Source: Gemmatimonadaceae bacterium
GTDB lineage: Bacteria > Gemmatimonadota > Gemmatimonadetes > Gemmatimonadales > Gemmatimonadaceae
Direction: 5' to 3'
Length of the DNA stretch: 54,849 nt
Assembly (NCBI GenBank): GCA_033763905.1
Contig: JANRJP010000006.1
Coordinates: 1 to 54,849 of the forward strand
Both the position numbers and the translations under genes were made by a program. The notes below the pieces were generated by a model, which saw only the letters and a program-made list of their open reading frames with translations, was not told the DNA's origin and searched no databases. Position 1 is the stretch's first letter. The number at the start of each line of letters is the position of its first letter. Below are positions 1 to 10,200 of this stretch, piece after piece.

Positions 1-102
1 CCCGTGACCGAGCACCGTCTACCCACGACGCAGTCGGGGATATCGACAACTCACGCTGAGGGACATCGGATCACGGTACTCAGTCATCAGTCAACCACCG
101 AA

Positions 103-1017
103 CTAGGCCCTCGGATGGGCCTTCTTGTACACCGCGCGCAGTCGCTCGATGCTCGTATGCGTGTAGATCTGCGTGGTGCTGACACTGGCGTGCCCCAGCA
201 GTTCCTGTACCGCCCGCAGGTCGGCGCCGGCATCGAGCAGGTGCGTCGCGAACGTATGGCGCAACGAGTGCGTCGATAGGCCGGCCGATTCGTCGATCAC
301 GTCGAGCCAGCCGGTGATGGCCTGCTGAATCGTGCGCACGTGCATTCGCGCGCCGCGTTCGCTCACGAAGTACGCCGTGCGATCGACCTTCACCCCCGAG
401 GCGGCCAGCGCGTCGCGCTTCGCCTCGTAGTTGCGGCAGGCCAGTGCCGCGGCATCCCCCACGGGGATGATGCGCTCCTTGCGGCCCTTGCCGCGCACCT
501 TCACCTGCTGCCCGACGAGATCCAGATCGCCCCGCGAAATGCCGCGCAACTCGCTCAGGCGCATCCCCGTCGAGTAGAACAACTCGAGCATCGCCAGGTT
601 CCGGACGTCGGTGAACCGACCCTCCATTGCCCGCGTCTGCGCCGCCTGAAACAGCGTGTCGACCTGGGAGCGGTCGAGATACGAGGGCAGGTACTTCTCC
701 TGCTTGGGCGTGCCCACGCCCCGAGCGGGGTTCGTCGAGACCAGTTCTTCGCGATGCATCCAGCCGTAGAACGTGCGCACCGCCGAGAGCGCGCGGGCCA
801 TCGAGCGCTTGCTCAAACCTCGGCGCTGCAAGTGACCGAGGAATCCGCGCAGGTCGAGTCGGTCGACGTTGCCCCAGTCGACCGCCTCGGTGCCTCGGTG
901 CTGGGCCAAGAACGTGCTGAGCTCGCTCAGGTCGCGCCCGTACGCCTTGACCGTGTGCGGGGAGACGTCGCGTTCCTTCGCGAGGTGCGTCAGAAAGTCT
1001 TCGACGTGGGTGGCCAC
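103..1017 (-). CDS. xerC: Tyrosine recombinase XerC
   Basis: Catalytic motifs TGMRLSEL, GKGRKER, HSLRHTFATHLL, LLGH and TTQIYTH ending in HPRA, plus an N-terminal SAM-like domain (SPHTVKAYGRDL). Downstream of topA-trmFO as is typical. GTG at 1017 is preferred to the ORF-track start at 1032, which lies inside a hairpin. Confidence 0.92.
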   Translation of the reverse strand: MATHVEDFLTHLAKERDVSPHTVKAYGRDLSELSTFLAQHRGTEAVDWGNVDRLDLRGFLGHLQRRGLSKRSMARALSAVRTFYGWMHREELVSTNPARGVGTPKQEKYLPSYLDRSQVDTLFQAAQTRAMEGRFTDVRNLAMLELFYSTGMRLSELRGISRGDLDLVGQQVKVRGKGRKERIIPVGDAAALACRNYEAKRDALAASGVKVDRTAYFVSERGARMHVRTIQQAITGWLDVIDESAGLSTHSLRHTFATHLLDAGADLRAVQELLGHASVSTTQIYTHTSIERLRAVYKKAHPRA

Positions 1018-1027
1018 CCCCCATTCT

Positions 1028-1084
1028 ACCACGAAGGCACGAATGACACGAAGTCTCCCTTCGTGCCCTTCGTGCCTTCGTGGT
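1028..1084. repeat. REP-like inverted repeat built of CACGAA units (26-bp arms, 2 mismatches, 5-nt loop)
   Basis: ACCACGAAGGCACGAATGACACGAAG (1028-1053) and CTTCGTGCCCTTCGTGCCTTCGTGGT (1059-1084). Confidence 0.85.
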
Positions 1085-1091
1085 GAAGCCG

Positions 1092-2441
1092 TTAAACCCC
1101 AGCGACGACGGCGCCGTCCAAGCCAACCCGGAACCCATCAATAGCCCCCAACGCCCGCGCCGCGTACCGCTCCCGCTTCGCCGCCTTGTCCCGCGGCGGA
1201 TCCGGCAGCTCATCGACGAGGCCGAAGTTCGCGTTCATCGGTGCGAAGTGCTTCGCGTCGGCCTCGCGCAGGTAGCGGTACAAGGCGCCGAGCATCGTCG
1301 TGGTGGGCGGCACCAAGGGCTCGAGGCCGCGCAACATCCGATCGAGGTTGAGCGCCGCCAGGAGGCCAGTCGCGGTGGACTCGGTATAGCCCTCGACGCC
1401 GGTCAACTGGCCCGCAAACAGCACCTGCGGATCATCGCGCAACGACAGATGCGGCGTCAACGCCGCCGGCGCGTTGATGTACGAGTTGCGATGGATCGAG
1501 CCGAAGCGCAGGAACTCGGCGTTCGCGAGCCCCGGAATCATCCGGAACACCCGCTGTTGTTCGGGAATCCGCAGCCGCGTCTGAAAGCCGACGAGATTCC
1601 ACATCCGGCCGCCGCGGTCTTCCATTCGCAGCTGTGCCACCGCCCACGGCCGCTTGCCGGTACGCGGATCGCGAAGCCCGATCGGCTTCATCGGCCCGAA
1701 TCGCAGCGTGTCGGTCCCGCGTCGGACCATCTCTTCGACGGGCATACAGCCTTCGAAGTAGGGCACCTCGTCGAAGGCCTTGCCCTGATACTGATCGGCC
1801 GTCGCCAAGGCGGCGACGAAGGCTTCGTACTCGTCGCGGCTGAAGGGGCAGTTGAGATACGCCCCTTCTCCGCCCGCCTCGGCCATCGTCTCCTTGTCCC
1901 AGCGCGACGCGCGGAAAATCACGTCGTCGTCGAGCGACTCACGACTGATGATCGGGGCAATGGCATCGTAGAACGCGAGCCCGTCGAGCCCGAGCCGCAC
2001 CCGAATGGTCTCGGCGAGCGCATCGCTGGTGAGCGGGCCGGTGGCCACGATGCCCGGCGAGGGCAGTGTGGTCACTTCGCCCCGCGCCACGGTGATGCGC
2101 GGATGCGCCGCGATTTCGCGCGACACGGCCGCGCTGAACACGTCGCGGTCGACCGCGAGCGCCGAGCCACCGGGGACGCGCGCTTCGTCGGCACAGCGCA
2201 GGATCATCGAACCGAGCACGCGCATCTCGGCCTTGAGCAAGCCGTGCGCGTTGGTGGTCTCGGTGCTCTTGAAGGTGTTCGAACAGACCAGCTCACCCAG
2301 ACGATCCGTCTGGTGCGCCGGCGTGCCGCGGGTGGGCCGCATTTCGTGCAGCACGACCGACCAGCCACGCTCGGCGAGTTGCCAGGCCGCCTCGCTCCCC
2401 GCGAGGCCCCCGCCGATGACGTGGACCTCGCGTGTGGTCAT
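1092..2441 (-). CDS. trmFO: Methylenetetrahydrofolate--tRNA-(uracil-54)-methyltransferase TrmFO
   Basis: VIGGGLAGSEAAWQ FAD motif, ELVCSN, FYDAIAPI, YFEGCMP, LRFGPMKP, NLVGFQT, HRNSY, AGQLTGVEGY, PMNANFG. Start taken as ATG 2441 (MTTREV). Confidence 0.95.
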   Translation of the reverse strand: MTTREVHVIGGGLAGSEAAWQLAERGWSVVLHEMRPTRGTPAHQTDRLGELVCSNTFKSTETTNAHGLLKAEMRVLGSMILRCADEARVPGGSALAVDRDVFSAAVSREIAAHPRITVARGEVTTLPSPGIVATGPLTSDALAETIRVRLGLDGLAFYDAIAPIISRESLDDDVIFRASRWDKETMAEAGGEGAYLNCPFSRDEYEAFVAALATADQYQGKAFDEVPYFEGCMPVEEMVRRGTDTLRFGPMKPIGLRDPRTGKRPWAVAQLRMEDRGGRMWNLVGFQTRLRIPEQQRVFRMIPGLANAEFLRFGSIHRNSYINAPAALTPHLSLRDDPQVLFAGQLTGVEGYTESTATGLLAALNLDRMLRGLEPLVPPTTTMLGALYRYLREADAKHFAPMNANFGLVDELPDPPRDKAAKRERYAARALGAIDGFRVGLDGAVVAGV

Positions 2442-2463
2442 CGAGCCATCCCCAGCGCGGGCA

Positions 2464-5052
2464 TCACGCGGCACCAACCGGTTCGACGATCAGCTCGTCC
2501 GCCGGCGCCTCGACGTTCCACTCGTTGGCGCACGAGACGCACTTCCGCCAATGGCCGCGCGTCTTCGAGAACTTCACTTCCGCGCCCAAGTAGCCGCACT
2601 CCGGGCACTTCTCCGGCACCGGCTTGTCCCACACGACGAAGTCGCAGTTCGGGTAGTGACTGCAGCCGTAGAACGCCTTGCCGCGCTTCTTGGAGCGACG
2701 CTCCTCGAGCTCGCCGCCGTCCTTCGGGCAGATGACGCCGGTGGGCATCGAGCGCGTGCCGCGGCACTTGGGGAACTTCGAGCAGCCCAGGAACGGGCCG
2801 CTCCGGCCCTGCCGCTCGATCATCGGCGCGCCGCACTCGTGGCACTTGTAGTTCGTGATCTTGGCCGGCGGCTTGTCCTTGAGCGGGCGCGTGTACTTGC
2901 AGTTCTTGGGGTGATTCTCGCAGGCGATGAACGGCCCGAAGAAGCCCCCCTTGGGCACCAGCTTGCCGCCGCAATCCGGGCAGCGCTCGGTGTCGAAGCG
3001 CGACAGATCGTGCGCGGCGGCAATGAGGCCGCCGACGTTCACTTCCTTGAGTGACCGCGCGAAGGGCTGCCAGAACTCGCCCAACACCTTCGTCCACTTC
3101 CGCTTGCCGCTCTCGACGTCGTCGAGCTCGGCTTCCATCTGCGAGGTGAACTTCACGTCGAACTCGCGCGGGAACTGCTTGACCATCACCGTCTCGACCG
3201 TCTCGCCAAGCGAGGTCGGGAAGAAGCGGCGCTGGACGAGTTCGACGTAGCGGCGATCGGCGAGCGTGGAGATGATGCTCGCGTAGGTGGACGGACGGCC
3301 GATGCCTTCCTTTTCGAGCGCCTTCACCAGCGACGCTTCGGAATAGCGCGGCGGCGGTTCGGTGAAGTGCTGCGTCGGGGTGACGGCCAACGCCGGAATC
3401 GACTCGCCGGCTTCGATCACCGGCAAGGACTGTTCGTCTTCCAGCGCCTTGCCTTCGCCTTCTTCGCGCGCTTCGCGATACAGCGCCAAGAAGCCCTGGA
3501 ACTTGAGCACACTGCCCGTGGCGCGGAACACGTGCCGGGCGAGCTGGAAGTCGACCGTGGTGGTGTCGAAAATGGCCGGCGCCATTTGCGACGCCATAAA
3601 GCGCTGCCACACGAGCTGGTACAGCTTGAGCTGATCCGGCTTGAGGTACTTGGCCACCGACTCGGGCGTGCGCGACGGGTCGGTCGGGCGCACCGCTTCG
3701 TGGGCGTCCTGCGCGTTGGCGGCGTTGGCCTTGCCGAACAGGCGCGGGGCATCGGCGAGCAGTTCGCTGCCGAACAGCCCGCGCAGCACGTCGCGCGCCT
3801 GCGCCGCTGCGGCTTCGGAGACGCGCGTCGAGTCGGTACGCATATAGGTGATCAGACCGACGGCCCCATCGGCCCCGATCTCGACACCTTCGTACAGACC
3901 CTGCGCGAGCGACATCGTGCGCTTCGAGCCGAAGCCGAGCTTTTTGGCGGCTTCCTGCTGCATCGTCGACGTCGTGAACGGCTCGGCGGGATTCTTTCGC
4001 CGCGTGCGCTTCTGGACGTCCTTCACCGGGAAGAGACCAATGGCCCCCGGCGCGCTGCCCGCCGCCTTGGCTGCGGCCAGCACGTCCTTGAGAATGCCGT
4101 TCGCGGTGGCCTCGTTCGGAATCACCGGCTTCTTGCCGTCGGTTTCGAACAGGCGCGCGCTGAACTGCTGGCCGTCCTTCTTGAGGTCGGCGCCGATCGT
4201 CCAGTATTCGTCGGGCTTGAAGGCGCGGATCTCGCGCTCACGCTCGACGATCAGCCGCAGCGCCACCGTTTGCACGCGGCCGGCGGAGAGCCCCTTCTTG
4301 ACCGTCTGCCACAGGAGCGGCGAGGCCTTGTACCCGACGAGACGATCAAGCACGCGACGCGCCTGCTGCGCATCGACCTTGTCTTCGTTGATGTCGCGCG
4401 GCTCGGTGATCGCCTTGCGGATCGCGTCCTTGGTGATCTCGTGAAAGAGCACGCGCTTGACTGGCGGCCCGTTCTTGCGACGCAGCTGGCCGGCGACGTG
4501 CCACGCGATAGCTTCGCCTTCGCGATCAGGGTCGGTCGCGAGCAGAATCTGCGACGCGTCCTTGGCGGCGGCCTTGAGATCGGCGAGGACTTTTTCCTTG
4601 CCCTCGATGACGACGTAGTCCGGCGTGAAGTCGTGGTCGACGTCGATGCCGATCTTTTTCTCGGGTAGGTCCATCACGTGGCCGACGGTGGCCTTCACGC
4701 GATAACCGCGGCCGAGGTACTTGCCGATGGTCTTGGCCTTGGCGGGGGACTCGACGACCACGAGCGTGGAGCCCGCGCCCGACGACTCGTCTTCGGGCTC
4801 GTCCGGGATGGCGGGAGCGCGCTTGCGCGCGGCGGCCGACGGCGTGGCCGGCCGATAGCGACGCTTGGTCAGGCCGTCTTCGGCAACGGCGGCCGGGGCC
4901 ACGCGCTTCGCGGCGGCCTTGGTCGTGGCGGCAGCGACGGACGCACGGCTCGAGGCCGCCGCGGCACGCTTGGCCGGGGCCTTCTTTGCGGTAGTCCGCG
5001 CCGGAGCGGCCGGGCGCGGCGCGGCCTTCTTGGCAACTTTCTTGGCTGGCAT
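2464..5052 (-). CDS. topA: DNA topoisomerase I with Lys/Ala-rich N-terminal extension and C-terminal Zn ribbons
   Basis: VVVESPAKAKTI, ATDPDREGEAIAWH (Toprim), SAGRVQ, catalytic LITYMRTDS, GIGRPSTY, and four C4-type Zn-ribbon segments. Confidence 0.97.
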   Translation of the reverse strand: MPAKKVAKKAAPRPAAPARTTAKKAPAKRAAAASSRASVAAATTKAAAKRVAPAAVAEDGLTKRRYRPATPSAAARKRAPAIPDEPEDESSGAGSTLVVVESPAKAKTIGKYLGRGYRVKATVGHVMDLPEKKIGIDVDHDFTPDYVVIEGKEKVLADLKAAAKDASQILLATDPDREGEAIAWHVAGQLRRKNGPPVKRVLFHEITKDAIRKAITEPRDINEDKVDAQQARRVLDRLVGYKASPLLWQTVKKGLSAGRVQTVALRLIVEREREIRAFKPDEYWTIGADLKKDGQQFSARLFETDGKKPVIPNEATANGILKDVLAAAKAAGSAPGAIGLFPVKDVQKRTRRKNPAEPFTTSTMQQEAAKKLGFGSKRTMSLAQGLYEGVEIGADGAVGLITYMRTDSTRVSEAAAAQARDVLRGLFGSELLADAPRLFGKANAANAQDAHEAVRPTDPSRTPESVAKYLKPDQLKLYQLVWQRFMASQMAPAIFDTTTVDFQLARHVFRATGSVLKFQGFLALYREAREEGEGKALEDEQSLPVIEAGESIPALAVTPTQHFTEPPPRYSEASLVKALEKEGIGRPSTYASIISTLADRRYVELVQRRFFPTSLGETVETVMVKQFPREFDVKFTSQMEAELDDVESGKRKWTKVLGEFWQPFARSLKEVNVGGLIAAAHDLSRFDTERCPDCGGKLVPKGGFFGPFIACENHPKNCKYTRPLKDKPPAKITNYKCHECGAPMIERQGRSGPFLGCSKFPKCRGTRSMPTGVICPKDGGELEERRSKKRGKAFYGCSHYPNCDFVVWDKPVPEKCPECGYLGAEVKFSKTRGHWRKCVSCANEWNVEAPADELIVEPVGAA

Positions 5053-5053
5053 A

Positions 5054-5287
5054 TCAGTGAATCGGGATGTCGCCGGCCGTACCGGGCTCCTCGAGCCCGG
5101 TGCCGTCCAGTACCACCCGGAGATCCTCCAGCGCGATCCGGCCGTCGACCTGGGCCAGCGCGCGTTCGATGACGTGTTCGAGATCGGACAGACTCAGCGC
5201 CCCTGACCCACTCAGGGCCAGGAGGTGCCCCCACGCCTCAGGGGAAAACCGCCCCCGCTCGTGTGGTCCCATTACGCGTATCGTCAC
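5054..5287 (-). CDS. Short Smg/DUF494-like protein (77 aa)
   Basis: RVMGPHERGRFSPEAWGHLLAL..LSLSDLEHVIERAL..IH resembles the C-terminal half of Smg. AGGAG SD lies 7 nt before GTG 5287. Immediately upstream of topA. Confidence 0.65.
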   Translation of the reverse strand: MTIRVMGPHERGRFSPEAWGHLLALSGSGALSLSDLEHVIERALAQVDGRIALEDLRVVLDGTGLEEPGTAGDIPIH

Positions 5288-5373
5288 TCCGACACTCCTT
5301 TCTGAATTCCCGATACTCGGCGCCGAACCACGCGCCGGCAAGTAATGATTTACCGCAAACTGGTCCAAATGAT

Positions 5374-5964
5374 TCAAAAGTCGCTGACTGGCCGGATAGC
5401 CAGCGATCCCGGCAGCTGCGACGCTACCAATACTACCCGACGAACCACCTCGGCGACCGTTAATCCTTCCGTTCCCACCTGAGCATCGGCAGCTGCGTAC
5501 TGCGGCTGTCGCGCCGCCAGCAACGTCGCCAGCGCCGCTTCCGGGTCGACCCCCGCCAGCAGCGGCCGTCCCCCGCCCTGCGCCCGAATGCGACGCAGCG
5601 CTTCGTCCACCCCAACGGTCAGCCACACCACCCAGCTTCGCGGACGCAGGGCCGCCACCGCCGACGCGTTGGCGGCCCACCCGCCTCCCGGCGCCAACAC
5701 GCAGGCCTCGCCCGCCGCGGCCAGGCGTTCGCTCAGTGTGGCTTCAAGCGCCCGGAAGTGAGCCTCGCCGTACTCGGCGAACAGCTCGGACACCCGTCGG
5801 CCGGCTTCACGCTCGATCACGGCATCGAAGTCCACGAATGGGCGCTGCATCGCTTCCGCTACGGCGGCCCCGACCGTGGATTTCCCCGCGCCGGGCAAGC
5901 CGACCAGCACCACATGCCGCCACGGCGCCGACGGGGCGGCGCCAGCGGCCCCAAGTGCCGTCAC
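5374..5964 (-). CDS. aroK: Shikimate kinase
   Basis: VLVGLPGAGKSTVG P-loop, FVDFD, GEAHFRALE, APGGG, RPLL. The GTG start overlaps the aroC stop (GTGA). Confidence 0.92.
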   Translation of the reverse strand: MTALGAAGAAPSAPWRHVVLVGLPGAGKSTVGAAVAEAMQRPFVDFDAVIEREAGRRVSELFAEYGEAHFRALEATLSERLAAAGEACVLAPGGGWAANASAVAALRPRSWVVWLTVGVDEALRRIRAQGGGRPLLAGVDPEAALATLLAARQPQYAAADAQVGTEGLTVAEVVRRVVLVASQLPGSLAIRPVSDF

Positions 5965-7151
5965 GCCATTCGCTCCGCGACCTGCGCGAGATAGCCGGCC
6001 ACGTTGCGCTGCACCTCCGCCAACGCATCGCCGCCGAACTTCTCCTGCCACGCCTGCGCGAGCACCAGCGCCAGCATTGCCTCGGCGATCACGCCCATCG
6101 CCGGCACCGCGGTGACGTCGCTTCGCTCAGCTGCTGCCTTCGCCGAGTCGCCGGTGGCGACGTCCACCGTCGCCAGAGGCCGCATCAGGGTCGAGATCGG
6201 CTTCATCGCGACGCGAATCACGAGGGGCTCACCGGTGGTGATGCCGCCCTCGAGTCCGCCCGCGCGGTTCGTCGCGCGTCGCACGCCGCCGCTTCGCACG
6301 TTCGACGGGTCGGGATGCATCTCGTCGTGCACGTCCGCGCCGTGACGGCGCGCGGCGTCGAACCCGAGGCCGATCTCGACACCCTTCACTGCGGGAATCG
6401 ACAGCATCGCGGCGCCGATGCGCCCATCGAGCTTGCGGTCCCAGCTCACGTGCGAGCCGAGCCCGACCGGCAGTCCGGTGGCGACCACTTCGCAGATGCC
6501 GCCGAGCGTATTGCCCTCGGCCTTGGCGGCGTCGATCGCGGTGATCATTCGCGCCTCGGCGGCGGCGTCGAGCGTCCGCAGCGGCGAGGCATCGGCCGCG
6601 GCGTTGAGATCCGTCGGCCACGTCGCCGGCGGCGCGGCATCGATGCCGCCCAGGTGCACGAGGTGCGAGCCGATCGATACGCCGAACGCGCGCAGGTACT
6701 GCCGCGCGACCGCGCCGCAGGCCACGCGCATCGTGGTCTCGCGCGCCGAGGCGCGTTCGAGAATGTCGCGCGCGTCGCTGCGGTCGTACTTGAGCAGGCC
6801 GGTCAGGTCGGCGTGCCCCGGCCGTACGCGCGTGAGCGCACGACGGCGGCCGTCGGCGGCATCGTCGTCGCGCGGCGCGGGGTCCATCACGTCCTGCCAG
6901 TTCTTCCAGTCGCGATTGATCACCCGCATCGCGATCGGCGCGCCGGTGGTTTCGCCCGCACGCACGCCGCCCTGGAACTCAACCTCGTCGCGCTCGATCT
7001 GCATCCGGCGTCCACGCCCGTAGCCCTGCTGCCGACGGTGCAGCTCGTGGGAGACGTGCTCGGCCAGCAGGGGAATGCCAGCCGGCAGTCCCTCCAGAAT
7101 GGCCGTCAGCGCGGGGCCGTGTGATTCGCCAGCGGTGGTGAAGCGGAGCAT
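5961..7151 (-). CDS. aroC: Chorismate synthase
   Basis: MLRFTTAGESHG, RRQQGYGRGRRM, RPGHADL, ERASARET, NRAGGLEGG, MKPIST, ERSD. Confidence 0.97.
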   Translation of the reverse strand: MLRFTTAGESHGPALTAILEGLPAGIPLLAEHVSHELHRRQQGYGRGRRMQIERDEVEFQGGVRAGETTGAPIAMRVINRDWKNWQDVMDPAPRDDDAADGRRRALTRVRPGHADLTGLLKYDRSDARDILERASARETTMRVACGAVARQYLRAFGVSIGSHLVHLGGIDAAPPATWPTDLNAAADASPLRTLDAAAEARMITAIDAAKAEGNTLGGICEVVATGLPVGLGSHVSWDRKLDGRIGAAMLSIPAVKGVEIGLGFDAARRHGADVHDEMHPDPSNVRSGGVRRATNRAGGLEGGITTGEPLVIRVAMKPISTLMRPLATVDVATGDSAKAAAERSDVTAVPAMGVIAEAMLALVLAQAWQEKFGGDALAEVQRNVAGYLAQVAERMA

Positions 7152-7176
7152 AGGACGAAAGATACCCCGAGCGCGA

Positions 7177-7215
7177 GACCGCCGGCCGTCCGCAGCACGC
7201 GGACGACCGGCGGTC
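7177..7215 (-). terminator. GC-rich hairpin closing the pilMNOPQ-lipoprotein operon
   Basis: GACCGCCGGCCGTCCGC / GCGGACGACCGGCGGTC form a 17-bp stem (one G-U on the minus strand) with a 5-nt loop. There is no strong U-tract. Confidence 0.55.
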
Positions 7216-7234
7216 GCGACGGCACGGCAGGGCG

Positions 7235-10200
7235 TTAGTTCAGATCAGCCGCACGAATCGGAATGACCACCAGACCTTCGCGCGAGAGCGCGTAGATCTT
7301 CACCCGCAACTGCGGGTCGGCCCCCTGCTCGGCCGGTGTCGGGAGCACCGCGCGAATCGGCCCGTACAACTTGGACCGGAGCGGCAGCACTCGGCGCAGC
7401 ACGTAGTTGTAGGCATCGACCACCGCGATCGACGAGTCACCCTGCGCGACGAAGGCCACGCGGCGATCGACGGCGCTCGTTGGGCCCACGTACTGCGGGT
7501 GGAACGCGACGCCGGCGCCCGGCAGGGTCGTCTTGTACGCGCCCTCCAACCGCAGGTTGAACAGGGCGCTGGTGTCGAGCGCGGCGAAGAACATCTGACT
7601 GCCGTTCGCGACGACTTCCCGATTCAAGCTGTCGATCGCGAGCCCGAAGACCCGATCCGCCGCGTTGCCGGTGAGGTCGTTGACCGAGACGGCCGCCGAC
7701 CCGATCGGATCGGAGCCGATCGGCTCACGAATGGTGATCACACGCGACCCCAACGGCCCGTTGCCTTCACCGAAGGCCACGTACTGCCCGGTGCCGCCGT
7801 GCGCGACGAAGGTCGTGTCGGTGAGGTTGAGCGCATCAATCGAGAAGCGACGCGCCGTGACGTCGGAACCGCGGGCGCGCATCCGGCCGACGATCTCGGA
7901 GACCGAGTTGCCGTAGACGCCCGGCACCGTGCCCGAGTCGATGTTGATCGTGAAGCCGGCGGTACGCAGCGTCGCCCGGTTCGACCGGAACGCCACCTGG
8001 ACCGCGCCATCGGTGTTCGCCATCCGCCAGATCGAGTCGGTCAGGAAGGCGTTGTCGGCTCCGAAGAGCGGGCGATCGAAGATCACGAGCAGCGTCGCGC
8101 TCACGATCCCAGGGTAGGTGACCCGCGCCGCAGAGTCGGCGTTGGCAATCACCCAGGGCTGGTCGCTTGCATCCTGCGCGTAGGTCGTCAGGAACTGCGC
8201 TTCGTTGCGTACCGGATTCCGCAGCAACCGGCGGATCGTACCCGGCGACGACGTCTCGGTCGGACGGGTCGAGTAGTACACCGAGTTGTTGGCGCTGAAG
8301 CCGACGAACTGCGGACGATCCGAGAACTGGAAGGCTTCCACCACACCGATGGTCTCGGTGCCCGCCTCGTCCACGGTGGTTGCCACGCGATAGAGCAGCG
8401 TGTTCGGCGTGCGAATGCGCGAGCCCGGCGCGTCGGTGAGCGCATTCGGGCCGGTCAGCGGCACGCGCGAAATGTTGGTCGCACCGGAGTTGGCGACGAA
8501 CAGCGTGTCACCGGTCCGGTTGAGGGACATCCCCCACGGCTGCGCGCCGACCGGAATGGGCGTCGCACGGAACGCGCCGGTGCTCTGCTGCCAGTACTCG
8601 ACGCGGTTCAGGTTGATGTTCGACAGAAAGGCATTGCCGGCGTTGTCGACGGCGATGTCGGCGACCGGGTTGCTGGAGTCGATCGCGGCCGAGACGAAGG
8701 TCTGGCCGTAGGTGAAGAGGCCGCGTGTCGTATCGACTGCGGTCGGGCTCGGCACGTTGGAGCTCGCCGGCACCGACCCGCCGCGGTTGCCCGCCGCATC
8801 CACCGCGAACGCGGTGACCTTGAAGCGGCGGCCGCGCAGGCTGTCCGGAATCACCGGGGCGAACGTGACCGTGGAATCGGGCACGAGCCCCGTGAAGCTG
8901 ACGGAGTCCGCGAGCAGGGTGGCGTTCGTCGACGCGTCCTGCAGGCGGTAGCCAAGGCGCGCCAAGCCACCTGGGTCACGCCCACGGAACTGGAAGGTCG
9001 CCTGCCGCTCCACGCGCGGATCGACGCGCAGGTTGTAGACGAGCGGCGGCAGGAGATCGACCGGCGGTGTGTTGACCGTCAGCTGGATGGCCGGGCCCGA
9101 CGCGATCAGCGAGGGGTTGGCCTCGTCGGTCGCATAGGGCGAAATCGAGATGATCGCGCCGTCAGGAATCGTCGTGCTGCTCAACGGCACCTGGATCTCG
9201 CGCGTGATCACAGCCGTCGTGACACCGGACCCCGTAATGATCGAGTCGACCTCGGCGGGGGCCCACGTAGTGAGGCCGCCAAAGGTGCCGGTGATGCGGA
9301 ACCCGATACGCCGCAGCGGCGACCGCGAAACGTTCGACGCCTGCGCGCGGACCGACACGCTCAGCCGATCGCCGCGGAAGGTCGCGACGCCGTTGAGTGG
9401 CGAGGTGATGATGGTGGACGGACCGCGACGCAGTACGGTCTTGCGTGAGAACTCCGTGGTGCGATCGGCCCAGTCGGTGACGCGGAAGACCAGCGTCAGC
9501 GTGTCTTCGGCGAGCTGCCCGGTCGCGATCAGGTCACGCACCACCGTCGTGTCACGCTTGACCGTGTCGGGGGCGACGCCACCCGGCGCCGGGAAGTAGA
9601 CGTCGTCGTTGTTGCTGGTGCGATTGGGCGCGAGCACCGTATCGAACCACACCGTGGTGTCGCGCCGCTGGAGCGACGGATCACCGCGGATATTGATGCC
9701 CACCACCGAGAGGCGCTTGAGCGCGAAGTTGTCGGTCAGTCGCGCGCGAATGCGGACCGGCTCGCCGAGCGGCAACGTGGCCAGATCGGCGGGCTCGAGC
9801 ACGGTGATGCCCGGCGGCGCCTGGTCCTGCGTGAAGCGGTTCGGCGCGATGATCGCGCGACGCGTGGTGATGAACGAATTGCCCGACTCGTCGAGCGCCT
9901 CGACCGCGACGAACACCGTTTCGGGGGCAGTCAGCGAATGGTTGACCGGGCGCAGGCGCCGCGTGACGGTGGTGTCGGTGAGGTTCGGCCGGAAGTTGCC
10001 GGTCGACGGGGCGAAGTTGTCGGAGAAGCGAACGAGCGTATCGACGCGACCGAACGCCGGGTCGCCGCGAATGGCGAAGCCGAAGACGCGGACGCGAACG
10101 AGGCCGGTGTTGTCGCCCGCCTGCACGCGGACGACCACCGAGGTGTCGTTGGCACTGATCAGCGTGTCGGCAGCCGGCGCGAGGAGCGTGGCGGTCGGCG

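Noticed and set aside
1..102. Possible start of hslV or a small ORF after xerC
   Set aside because: The minus-strand ATG frame closes after 22 codons with no recognisable motif, and there is too little sequence to call.
103..1017. Tyrosine recombinase as a phage or island integrase
   Set aside because: Sequence and topA-trmFO context fit housekeeping XerC. I saw no att repeats, tRNA or cargo genes.
1028..1084. CACGAA repeats as a CRISPR array
   Set aside because: The units are 8-9 bp within one hairpin, with no spacers and no cas genes.
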